Positions 11,750 to 24,224 of a stretch of DNA of 64,000 bases are shown piece after piece. The translations under genes were made by a program, and so were the position numbers. The stretch is from Octopus bimaculoides. Lineage: Eukaryota. The DNA is taken from assembly GCF_001194135.2 (NCBI RefSeq), contig NC_068981.1, forward strand, positions 61,201,280-61,265,279, given 5' to 3'. The stretch's first letter is position 1; each line of letters starts with the position of its first letter. Under the pieces are notes generated by a model that worked only from the letters and a program-made list of their open reading frames with translations, searched no databases and was not told the origin of the DNA.

Positions 11750-12270
11750 AATACATTAGAATACGCGCTGAAATAATTCTGTCTACGCAATATTCCAATA
11801 CCACATCGTTGGAAGTTTAATTTAAATAAAACTAAATCAGTGAGCTTATTGACAGTGACAGTATTAAGAAGATACGTTATTATTCATAATATAACATCAG
11901 CAGTCAATACATATGTAAATTCCTTGATGCCGGAAACCATACGCATATACAATATCGAAAAGTAAATCAAATTACTCATAAGCAATTTATTGCAATATAT
12001 TCCTATTTCATGAGTATGATCAAACGTATAACATTTGGAAATTACTATACATTTCTTTTCAAAAATAAACGTTATTAACCACAAAACATTTCATTATAAT
12101 ACAAAAATCTATAAGCTGTACCACATGACATATCTCATATTGCATCGACAATTATTGCCTTGATTCGTTTAGAGTTCAGAATATGAAACACCCACATCAC
12201 CGTCTGTACACTGATGAACGAAACTAATTTTATCGGCTGACGACTCATATAATATAATGCAATATAGTTG

Positions 12271-12307
<37 letters not shown>

Positions 12308-13085
12308 TGTGTGTGTGAGTGTGTGTGTGTGTGTGTGTGTTTATAAACAAAAAATACTTAGCTATTTCTCATTTACTTTACTCACATGAACATGTTATTT
12401 ACCATGACGTGCACACTCGGTACTAAATGACAAATTAGCCTCATCTCTCCCCAATAGTCCACGATATATACAAGAAAAAAATTCACGATACAAGAAACTT
12501 TATTAAATGTTAGTAATCAGAAGGTCGATTCAAGTAAAATAGCCAATATTTCTAACCATAGAAATCCTTTATTACACGATATAAAGTGGTATACCAGAAA
12601 TATTCAACATAATTATTTTATGAGATGTGGAGTGAAAACTAAACGAAAAAAGTCATTTATCATAAAGCGTGGTACCCATTTTTCATCAATCTACGGGGGA
12701 AAAATTAAGAATACTGATATTTCCATAAATAATTATAACTCAACTAAACGAAATCTACACTAACAGATGTTCAGATTAACGAGCTTATACTCAGAAAGAA
12801 GTTATATCTAATATAAGAAAAAGCGCTTAATTTTTCAGTTGCAGTATAAATGAGTTCAACGCTAACTGCTGGCACGTATTTTAAACACACAGTAAAAAAA
12901 AAAATACACAAATATTAGTGTGATTAGCCGATTAAATAACAATACAGCAGTCATCAGCTATGTCCCAGATAATCTGTGAACATACATATTCAATAATGAT
13001 AAATGGTAAAATTAATTAATAATTATTAATTTTTCCAAGTAGTTCGATATGTTAAAATAACCTTTATCGGTAACTTTATATAAAC

Positions 13086-13201
13086 ATTCTATAATTATAG
13101 GCATAATTATAATTAGGGTTGCAAATTGCATAACTACATACCGGTATGTGGTGAAGCAATTTGCTGAACCCTAATTATAATTATGCTTATAATTATAGAA
13201 T
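13086..13201. repeat. Spacer-less ~116-bp palindrome (foldback)
   Basis: 13087-13120 vs 13167-13200 match at 33/34; GCAAATTGC/GCAATTTGC inner arm; centre CATACCGGTATG is a perfect palindrome. Confidence 0.9.
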
Positions 13202-14227
13202 TTTGAGCATAACGACAGAGTTGTACCCCACCCGACTTTGGAAGGTCATAACTTTCAGAAAAATGAATATTTTTTAATGACATTTCCTATGCATGTATTA
13301 TTTATTATATAGATTCCGAATATACAAAAGTTTTCGGTGAAAGTGTTTTGGAATGGGGGTGGGGGACAATTTTCAGAAATTCCAACAGAGTCCATTTAAA
13401 TTCCTCTTAACTTCCAGCAAAATGAATATTTTTTCGTGAAATTTTCTACAAATATACCTTGATGTATGTACATTTCGAACGTGTAGGTATTTCGGAGGAA
13501 TCAATTGGAGGTTATTTTTGAGAAGTGTTCCCCACTCGGTGGTGTTTCGGAGCAAGTCGTCCATAATTGTTTCATTTTTCTCTATTATGTGCGTATGTGC
13601 ATCCATAGATTTCTAATGACGTAATAAGCAGAAAAGAGAAGCCGTCATAAGAAAANNNNNNNNNNNNNNNNNNNNNNNNNNNNNNNNNNNNNNNNNNNNN
13701 NNNNNNNNNNNNNNNNNNNNNNNNNNNNNNNNNNNNNNNNNNNNNNNNNNNNNNNNNNNNNNNNNNNNNNNNNNNNNNNNNNNNNNNNNNNNNNNNNNNN
13801 NNNNNNNNNNNNNNNNNNNNNNNNNNNNNNNNNNNNNNNNNNNNNNNNNNNNNNNNNNNNNNNNNNNNNNNNNNNNNNNNNNNNNNNNNNNNNNNNNNNN
13901 NNNNNNNNNNNNNNNNNNNNNNNNNNNNNNNNNNNNNNNNNNNNNNNNNNNNNNNNNNNNNNNNNCGAATATAGAAACTTTTGACGAAAGAAAAAATTAA
14001 AAATATTAAGTAAAGTAGCATTTATCTTAACCCAAAAAGAGTATGGATTTCGGTCCAATTTGAATTACATTTCGCATATGAAAGAAAAACAAAATGCAAT
14101 GTATATATGCTAACCTAAATGTTTTTCGCAAACCTTACAATAATCAAAACATGTTTTATTTATTTTCCCAATTAATACTTCATCTTTTGTTCAAGATAGC
14201 AGCTAGTACTCCTGTGTCTTTTAACAG

Positions 14228-14277
14228 AATCTCAGTCTGGAAAGGGAGGGAAAAGATATCCATAAACTTGAGACCAG
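14228..14277 (+). other. Candidate isolated 50-nt exon
   Basis: Acceptor TGTGTCTTTTAACAG, donor CAG|GTAAGA; two frames open (NLSLEREGKDIHKLET or ISVWKGREKISINLRP). Confidence 0.3.
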
Positions 14278-15341
14278 GTAAGAATGATTGCCACAGAATG
14301 GACTCTGTTAAAGACTCATAGATTATTTGAAGTTGATTTTTAAAAGGATGACATGTTGTGTAAGTTCTCCATAAAGGAGATGCTGCGATTTGAACTTAGA
14401 AATTTAAGAGCTGGAGAAAATACTGCTAAATTATATGTCCGTCATACTTTTTAGTGCTGCTAATCTACACAGCCTAGGATTGGTAAAGCAAAGTTTGATT
14501 AAGTCTAGGCACCCAAACATTAAGTCGGAACACCTTTAATACACTTCTTTTCAATACGAAATATGTCAGATGAACCGCTAGAATATAAACTGTCATAAAA
14601 TAATTGATCCACCGTTAGCGATTTCGGCAGGAAAAATAAGACAAAAGTTATGCGAAATAACTCATTTCATGAATCATTTCTCTAAAAGTAGCCTTGTCCA
14701 TAACCTAATTTGTCTCATACTATTTCATCGGCATCAATCCATATATGTTGTGATGATCAAATAAACAATAACTTTACTTTTCGTTGACTTTTTTTCATAA
14801 AGCACATGAAGTATAGTATATTCTTACTTTGCAGAAGTTGGGCATATATAAGATAGAATACAGCAATAATTAATAGCAAATGATTCCTTCACTCGGTTAA
14901 ATATATTAATACATGTATCGTGATTATTGATGTAATTGAAGGCAGCGTTTATAAACGACAAAATACAAATGTCTAATCGACAAGTACACAGTCATTGAAA
15001 CTGATACCTGACGATACGAGGTCTATACCCATTGGACAATATATTGGCTCTGAGACATAACACATGGAAATTAGTTATCGTATTCTTGTAGTTATAATGG
15101 TAGATACTTAAGTATTTGCGTGATTTGCTATTTGACCCCTCCAGATATTTCCAATGGAATTAGAGATCTGGAGGAAAACAAGATCAGGAACAACTCTCCA
15201 GCGAATCGTAGTTGTCACATTAACATCTTTACTATCTTTAGAATGGTGAAAAAGAAAAACAATCTCATATCCTATCAAGCAGATATCCATATAGCATATA
15301 TATATAAATCATTTTCGAATGCAAAGTGACAACATTCATTA

Positions 15342-16168
15342 TGAGGGGGTACCCACAAGCAAACGGAAACGTTCTAGGTGGGCTAATTTCTTGTAGTTCA
15401 GACATCCACCGCTAGAAGCCACTTAATGTTACCCTCTAGCATCAGTCTGCCGATCGGCGTCGTTCTACGGGCTCGTATTGCCACGTGATGCGTCTTTGTT
15501 TGCAGTGCTTCTCCCTATTCGTCGATTTTTGTTATGACTGGAACAAAGGAACAGCGTGCTTCCGAGAAATTCTGCTCCATGCTGAGAAGTGCGGCGACCG
15601 AAACAGTTGTCATGGTTTAAACAGCTAACAAACTGCCATAAGCAAAACAAGTTTATGAGTGGTTTCCACGCATTAGGAATGGTCACTTGTCACTTGAGAC
15701 CAACTTCGTTGAGGACGACCATCGATCTCCCGAACGAATGAAAATATCATGAAAGATCATTGACGAAATTTTGATATGTCTGGTGTGAGCTGGGCGCCTG
15801 CCAGCGAATTTTGAGCAAGGTGCAGCAAATTTTGTGCCTCACTTGCTCACGGAAGATCAAAGCTAATCACGACTCAAAGCGTGTCATGAACTGAAAGAAC
15901 AGTTGGAAGCTGATCCGGACCTTTTTTCGAAGTTTATCAGAGGTGACCAAAGCTCGTGCTATGAAATTTGCAGATGGGGAAGAGGTGGAGAGAAAAACTG
16001 ACGGAGGCGTTAAAATACATCACTTCTGAAACGTTCCAGCACTGCTTCGAATAGTGAAAAACGCGCCTGGACCGGTGCATTACTTTAAAGGCGATAAAAG
16101 TGTAAACATGTAAAAATATGTGAATAAAATAATATTGCAAAATTCCGGTTTCTTTTGAGTACCCGAAA
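15342..16168 (+). mobile_element. Internally deleted mariner element
   Basis: TIRs GAGGGGGTACCCACAAGCAAACGGAA and TTCCGGTTTCTTTTGAGTACCC; motifs EQRASEKFC, QVYEWF, ANFVPHLLTEDQ, FIRGDQS (ITGDE-like). Confidence 0.85.
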
Positions 16169-16837
16169 TGACTTGATCTTACAGGGTGTTATTTTTTCCA
16201 TCAATTTCATATAAATAATTCAAAGAATGCAAAATGCAAATGACGAGTGTAAATGACGACTAGTAACAACTTCGATATAGAGCTAAGTGGAATCTTGTCA
16301 GCTTTGCAGTGCATATGTAGACAACGAATTGAGTTCGGTTTCGAAATTACCATGATTATTTCTATAATAACATATGTGCAATCGGTGCAGAAAAAGGCTA
16401 TAAGAATTGAATGATTTCAAAATTTGAAGGATGGCATATGAAATAACAAATGTAACAAAATCTGCATTTGAAAGGGAATGAAAATTATTTCAGTTAGAAT
16501 AGATATCAATGCGTCAGTGCTGAAAAGAAAAAAAAAACTAAATGGTATTTTATAAAGCAAAGAATTTTAAAGAATATTATGTAATTCTTCTCTGCATAAA
16601 CGAATAAGTTATAATAAAATACATCTTTTTAATTCCAAGCTTATATATTTTCACAAAAGTGATAATGCATTTATATCTATTAATATAATAATAGGCATAT
16701 ATCTAAAAACTTAACATGTTATTGAATACATTTTCTACATATCGATGTCATACAATATAAATTACTTTATCTTGTCTGTGTGTATATATATATGTGTGTG
16801 TGCGTGTATATGTCTTTGAGTATGTTTGTATTAATTT

Positions 16838-16931
<94 letters not shown>

Positions 16932-19009
16932 TACATGCACAGACGCACACACGCACGCAAGCACACACACACAAACACACATATAGATTTATAGATAATC
17001 TATCAACATATACACTTAACATACACAGATATGTTGATATTTTGTTAAGCATAAGAATGTATTGAAAGTGAAAATCTTAAAAAAATTACAATATGATTTA
17101 TAATTGCACAATGAAAATAGTAAAAGTGAAACTAGTAACAATTGAGCGTATGTTAATATACGTAGAGTGAATGAATACTACTAACTTATCAGAATAAAAT
17201 ATTTATGTGTACGAATGCTACCCCTAATTCATTTATAGCTACTCAAGTGAGTGGAATAATACATACATTTCTAATTGAAATTTTTCTTTTACATACCTAA
17301 CAGTCCATATTTATTCATGTGTGTAAAACATTATAAAATATATAACTTTACTGTGAGAAATAATTTTCATCGACATTACTAAATTCTTTCTCTCCTTCAA
17401 GAACTCCTTATGAAACAAAATACATTTGCGACTAATCTCCAAGTATCTCCTCAGTCAGCAGAAAATAATGAGAAACCTAAAAACAGCGGATTCTTTGTTC
17501 TCACGTCAAAATTTTATACTTGTCCTCAGACACTGTAATTTTGTCTCGGTTTCCGTCCATTACTTGTCACTCTAGTTAACTTTCTTTTACACATCTTTTA
17601 ACCATTGTCGTTTGACGTGCGGTCAGCAGGGTAGAGTTTACCAGCGATAAAAGTTAGTGATATATTCGCTCATGTGCCTGTACCTGTCTAGCCTTTAGCT
17701 AGGTGGATTCTGGACATTCCGATTGCTGTAAGAGTATTTGTTATATGATGGCTTAATTGATGGAAGTGTCTGTGTGGTTGTCATCTGCTAATTTTCCTCT
17801 ATATTGGATGTTGTTGCTGTAAGCATTTTAATGTCACTGCATCGAGTGTGATGATAACCAAACTGTGGAAATTTCTGACGTGTTTGAATCCCAGATACAG
17901 TCACGATGTGGGTGAAGAATCTATTGTTTTTCTTAAACCAGCACAAATATACCTACATGCGTACACACATATAACCACACACTTAAATATACTTGCATAC
18001 TATCAACGTCACATTTATTAATGTATATTCGTCGTAAAAAAAAATTATGCTATAGAATTTCGTTCACAGATCGCCCTGCAAATGGATGAGAATGAGTTTT
18101 TATCATTTCGGAACTATTCTCCTTATATGCGTGCGTTGTTGTCTTTCACTTCTCAGGCATTTCTGTTCGCCTCACTTTGAGGTATACAGTGATTTTCCGC
18201 ATTCTCAGTCGGTAAGGGGATTTACCCAGCATGAAATACCGTAGTTTAAAAGCGTTTAACAACCCAAATATATATGTTAAGCATGTTAACTTAATGATAC
18301 ATAAATCATAGACTTGTCTCTTAGACAAAATTTGAATTTTATTTTATTGTACTGCGCCTTTTCATATCACTAGGTAGATTTTACGCTAACCGTATATAAG
18401 TTAGACATGCGATTCGAATTCATATAATGGGTGAACCGAAGATACGGCACCGATAAAAAAAAATAATACCGATGTCAGTTGTTTTCGTTCATTTCAGATA
18501 TGATACATTCCTCCTAGACTTGAACCATACATCGTTCTTTTAAATATCCGGATCTTTAAACGGACCCTTCCTAGACGTATAGGCGTTAAAGAACACTTAT
18601 ACATTACGTGTATGAGAGTGATTGTTTATATTATAGAGCGGCATCTAACACAAAATTTGAATATTTATATATCTATATATATAAGGAAAATATATGGAAA
18701 ACATAAAAAAGGGGAAGAGAAATGCCTTCATTTCACATAGTTTTAATAATTTTTATAAAACAAGATATATATACATATTTTATGGATGGTAAAAGTCTCG
18801 TAAAATGTAGTGATACCCAACCGGCTTTCGTTATTTAAATTAGCTTTTCATGGGACATTGTGAATTACGCCATTCGGGATTTCTTGAGAAGTAAAAATGA
18901 ATGGAGAGAGTGGATAAAGGGAGGCAACAGGTGGCAAGGGGGCAACTACCTCCTGAAGTAGGAATGTGTAGGGGTCAGGTGGTCAATTTTGTATATTATG
19001 CTGTGGTGT

Positions 19010-19520
19010 GTACGTTTATATAAAGAGGTTTTCCTTCTTTAGGCCTTCTTGTAAGGAGATTGAAACTTTGCATTGGTATAACGGGAAAATATGGAAATTA
19101 GGTGTTTTATTTCTTACGCATCTGTCAATGTATTCGGTCAGAGCTATCTGCCTGTATTGAGGAAAACGAATCTGTTCTTTATCCAGCGTAACTCTGCATC
19201 TCATTGTAAGGCTCGTTTGTCCAACATAATTGTGGCCACAACCTAAGTAGGTTAGAGGATTAATTAGGTTCTGAGAGATACATGTGAAGCTGGTTTTAAT
19301 TAAAAAAAAATTCTTCTTGCTGGAATGTGAATTCCGAGCCTTCAGTTAGATTTGGGCATGTACCACAATTAGGTTGTACGCATTTTTTAACTGTCGGTAT
19401 CGTATGTGTTGAATACAATTTTGCATTTGAGGAGTTTATGTGTATTCAGAATGTTCATTTTCGAGTCTTGTGTGAGAAGAAGGAGATTTTGTACATAACT
19501 TTTATCCCAACGAAACATTT
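19010..19520 (-). pseudogene. PLE (Neptune-like) Cys linker plus GIY-YIG fragment
   Basis: KCVQPNCGTCPNL...NLINPLTYLGCGHNYVGQTSLTMRCR...EYIDRC...IFPLYQ...KKENLFI. Confidence 0.85.
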
Positions 19521-19699
19521 AACAACAACGCACAGCAAACCTGTAGCACACGAAATAATTACTAACGACACTCCACTGAACCACTACATCCAAACATAAG
19601 ACGTGGGGACACACTTTTTAATCTCCATCCAAGAACCAGCACCATAAATCACAACAGCAGGGCCCCATATCATCATAGGGGACGACTATATAACAGCTA

Positions 19700-21590
19700 C
19701 CGTCTCAATAACCTCAATCATTTTTTAGACCCAGTACGCAAACACAGAGATACTAGATAACATCAGACAGACAGGACAAACCAAAAGTGATAACCCACAA
19801 AAACCTAACACCTGACCAAATCAACATTCTCTCCAAAGGGTTCAAATTTACACCCACCCACCCTCCAACGCCCCAACTAATACGAAATGAAACGACGTTG
19901 CGGAATTTTGTAGAAAATTACTACTCGCCGAGGAACTATACAAATACAAGGAGGACGAATCGTTAGTCCGAAATAAAAGTAACTACACCCCATCAGAAGG
20001 AAAGAACAAAATTCTTGATCATTTCTGCGAACACATCATGAATTACCCATATCAGCTTATACACAAACAAAATTTCAAGCCAAAGTTCAGCAAAAACGAA
20101 GGATGATAAACACTCACAATCAAAGAGGCTGACAAAGGGAGTGTAGTAGTCTTAATGGACACAGTATATTTCATAACCCTAGTACTATCAATATGACAAG
20201 ACACAACATATGAAAAGGTACAACATTACAGTCAGCAGAAAATAATGAGAAACCTAAAAACAATGCTAAACCTATACACAGTAGTGCTCACTGACAAGGA
20301 ATACGGCTATTTGAGTAACTTGAATAGTAAATCTAGTCATTTCGACGGTATTCCTAAAATACATAAAACTGAAAAAATAAGTAACTCGTCCAGGGAAGCC
20401 ACATACATAATAGTCAAGATACCTATACCAAATACCTCAAATTAAGACCCCATAATAGCAGGCCCCGCATGCGAAACTCACCGCCTCAGAAACTTTTTAG
20501 ACACCCTATTAAAACCATTCCTCAAGTATATCAAAAGCTACATAAGGCACGATCTAGATATGCTCAACCACCTTCATGAAACAATAAATAAAACCACCCT
20601 ACTACTATCCTTTGGAGTAGTCAACCTCTATTCCAATATCTCTCACAGCCTAGGAATAGAAGCAATCCAATTCTGGCTTGAGAATTACTCCAATGGAATA
20701 ACATTTAATGACAACTTCTATCGACAGAATCGAGGACTGCGATGGTTGCAGGAATGCACTCCCCCCATCTTTGCTAACGTAGTCATGAGATACCTAGAAA
20801 TCAATCTTTATTGTAAGGTACTTGAAAAATACAGAAACCTATTCTCACTGTACATAAAAAATAACAGGAAAAGTTATCTAGATGAATGTTCCATTCTTTG
20901 GTACGAAAGTATAAAGAGACTTAAAGAATGTCAAGCGCTTCGGAATGTACTTGATGTAAATATTGAATTTACTATGGAATATAGCCACCAACAACTTCCA
21001 TTCCTTGACATCCTCATTAACATTGAGGTCTTCCACACTATCTTCCAGAACATCCCTTAACTTAAAAGGACCAAAGAATGGATCAAATCCTCCTAACGCA
21101 TCATCAAGAGCAAAAGACAAGCCGAGTCACTGACAAGTCTTCTAACACAGGCCCGAGTATACTCATCAATAACATCGAAACCGAGAGTAAAAAATGTGGA
21201 AGACGTAACTGTGGTATATGTGTAATTTTATTGAAGGTTTGGAATTTTCCTTCATAAAGGATCAATGTTTTACAGTGAAAAACAACTTCCCATGCGCTCC
21301 GGAAAACTTAATATATGTATTGACTTACTTAGGGTGTCGAGAACAATATGTTGCTCAAACTAAAAACAGTCTACGCCAGAGGATGACGGTACATAGATTC
21401 CAGATTAAAATAGGAGAATACAGAAAAATAGGATAGAGTGAGCACGTCGATATTTGCGCCACTAAAGAATTAAGCAACTTTAGAATTATTCCCCTCTACA
21501 AATTCAGGGATAATGGAAACTATAAATAATGCATTAGCAAAGAAGCATATTTTATCGCAAAATATAAAACTATTTTAAATGCTGCCGCCA
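19700..21590 (+). mobile_element. Penelope-like retroelement (Neptune-like), RT plus GIY-YIG, decayed
   Basis: ILSKGFKFTPT, IKEADKG, GIPKIHK, RPIIAGP, VNLYSNI, YLDE, LPFLDI, CGRRNCGIC, NLIYVLTYLGCREQYVAQT; many stops and frameshifts. Confidence 0.92.
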
Positions 21591-21960
21591 CCAACACTAC
21601 CACAACCACAGATGAAACCACTACAAGAATTTAGAGCAATCCAACCACTACGGCTACGACCACAATAGGTCACTCTTAGTTCATTTGACCATTAAAAAAA
21701 TTCCATGAATTATTTGCTGTCACAGCACTCCTGCATTTTCTTCTTTTCTTTTCTTTCCACTTTCCCTCTTCTTTACCTACTCCTACTTCTTTTCCTCCTT
21801 CATCTTCTCCTTATTCTCCTCCGCCTACTCCTCCTTTTTTCTTCTTCTTCCTCTTCTGCTTCTCCTTCCCTTCCCTCGGATTCCCCCGCTTAAACCATAA
21901 ACTTTCTGTACCCAAACAATTCCTTTAGATTTACTACTACCCACCTACGAGACATTCGAA

Positions 21961-21963
<3 letters not shown>

Positions 21964-22038
<75 letters not shown>
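21964..22038. repeat. (AG)n microsatellite running into a gap
   Basis: Seen directly. Confidence 0.95.
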
Positions 22039-22429
22039 NNNNNNNNNNNNNNNNNNNNNNNNNNNNNNNNNNNNNNNNNNNNNNNNNNNNNNNNNNNNNN
22101 NNNNNNNNNNNNNNNNNNNNNNNNNNNNNNNNNNNNNNNNNNNNNNNNNNNNNNNNNNNNNNNNNNNNNNNNNNNNNNNNNNNNNNNNNNNNNNNNNNNN
22201 NNNNNNNNNNNNNNNNNNNNNNNNNNNNNNNNNNNNNNNNNNNNNNNNNNNNNNNNNNNNNNNNNNNNNNNNNNNNNNNNNNNNNNNNNNNNNNNNNNNN
22301 NNNNNNNNNNNNNNNNNNNNNNNNNNNNNNNNNNNNNNNNNNNNNNNNNNNNNNNNNNNNNNNNNNNNNNNNNNNNNNNNNNNNNNNNNNNNNNNNNNNN
22401 NNNNNNNNNNNNNNNNNNNNNNNNNNNNN

Positions 22430-22491
<62 letters not shown>

Positions 22492-22721
22492 TCATATAAT
22501 TTGTACATATGTATGTGAGCCTGTGTAACCATGTGTATATATATTTATCTATGTTGCTAAGCGTATCATTGATAATCGCTTGCCCTACCACCTGCCATCA
22601 TTGTATGTCAAAGATTCACAATCATTCATGCACATACTACAGTAATTCGTCATCTTCCCAAACAGAGTCCTACTAAATTAAATGGAGGAAATTTTAGTAA
22701 TAGGCAATATATTATATAGCA

Positions 22722-23092
22722 GAGAGTGGAGGCGCAATGATCCAGTGGTTAGGGCTGCGGACTCGCAGTCATAGGATCGCGGTTTCGATTCCCAGATCGG
22801 GCGTTATGAGTGTTTATTGAGCGAAATCTTAAAGCGCCACGAGGCTCCGGCAGGGGATGATGGCGAACCACAACTTTCTCTCACTCTCTCTTCCTGTTTC
22901 TGTTTTACCTGTAATTCAAAGGGCCAGCCTTGTCACACTGTGTCACGTTGAATATCCCCGAAAACTACTTTGAGGGTACACGTGTCTGTGGAGTGCTCAG
23001 CCACTTGCACGTTAATTTCACGAGCAGGCTGTTCCGTTGATCGGATCAACTGGAACCCTCGTCGTCGTAAGCGACGGCGTGCCAACAACAAA
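22722..23092 (+). mobile_element. tRNA-derived SINE S4 with 9-bp TSD
   Basis: TATATAGCA at 22713-22721 and 23093-23101; GGCGCAATGATCCAGTGGTTAGG head; (CAA) tail. Confidence 0.9.
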
Positions 23093-24136
23093 TATATAGC
23101 ATAGGATCGCAAATAAAAACAGTAATTAGGGAAATATACGAAAGGTGCCCTCGAGGAAAAATATATTTTCAATGAGAAAAGAATATTGTAGACGAATAAA
23201 TATTCATGAGCAAAATATTTCATACGCAGCCATACAAAATGTTACCAATGTGTATAGAGGATTACACACACATCTGAGATACCATAGTAAGGATTATTGC
23301 AAACTTACACTCAGAAATTGATAGTCAAAATGCAATACGCTTCAAAAACCTATCTCCACTATTTTTCAGTTACTATTTCTCGAAATGGAAAACAGAGATT
23401 AAACAAACTAGTGATTGCATTTAAAATAAACTTCTCAAGATATCATATAGATTTAGCATACTTATCGTGAACACTATATAATAAGAGTCTTATGCAAGTA
23501 AATTTTTTTCCTGGAAAACTGCAAGCATAATTAAACAGAAACATCTAATAACAAAAGAAAATACAACATATGCATGCGAACAAAGTAGCTACAGGTGGGA
23601 GTGCGGCATGGTGTGTCAGTTTTTCCAAATTTTCAAATCAATGATGCTTATAACTCGATGGGTTGTGAGGCAATTTTGAATGCTTGTTTTATATATACAT
23701 AATCAAATTTTAACTACTATCAAAATCTGTAATTTTTAATATTTGGTTTGCCACACTGCATCATCAGTTATTAGAGGGAAGAGACATATTTGGATAAAAT
23801 AATGAGAAACTATGGGCGAAAGTTGAAAACAATCAATAAATAAACATATGAAAGGCGCACAAATTTAAATAGACTCAATCTTCATGAAAATAAAAACCAC
23901 AGCCATGTTTACAGAACAAAAATACCTTGAATTTTAAATAAATTACTCTATATCCGCCATCTCGCACACCGAGTCTAGATGAAGCTTACACATCTCACAG
24001 GAAAACTCTTGGGTAACATCTGTTCCCCTTAGAAGCATGAACATCACAAAGGTCACACAACAGCCTAATCTCTTTCTTTCTGTCTTAGTGTCTGTTCCAG
24101 AATCGCTAAAACATGGAACACTCAGCGTCCACTTAC

Positions 24137-24224
24137 TCCCAACCATCTACACTATCGTGGTCACTATCATTATTACCACGGTCTGAACTACTTGTTTTCT
24201 GCCAGGTTGGAGTAAGAGCATCTT
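24137..24224 (-). other. Candidate 88-nt coding exon of an unidentified host gene
   Basis: Acceptor TGTGTTACATAG, donor GA|GTAAGT; open frame DALTPTWQKTSSSDRGNNDSDHDSVDGW; lies in a TE-poor island. Confidence 0.3.

Noticed and set aside
13200-13655. Named DNA transposon (likewise 41280-41990 and 47550-47810)
   Set aside because: Subterminal-like motifs only, with no TIR pair or ORF to classify.
18545-18580. Hammerhead relic downstream of the minus-strand PLE
   Set aside because: Stem II (GGGTC/GATCC) is present, but both core segments are mutated and there is no clear stem I.
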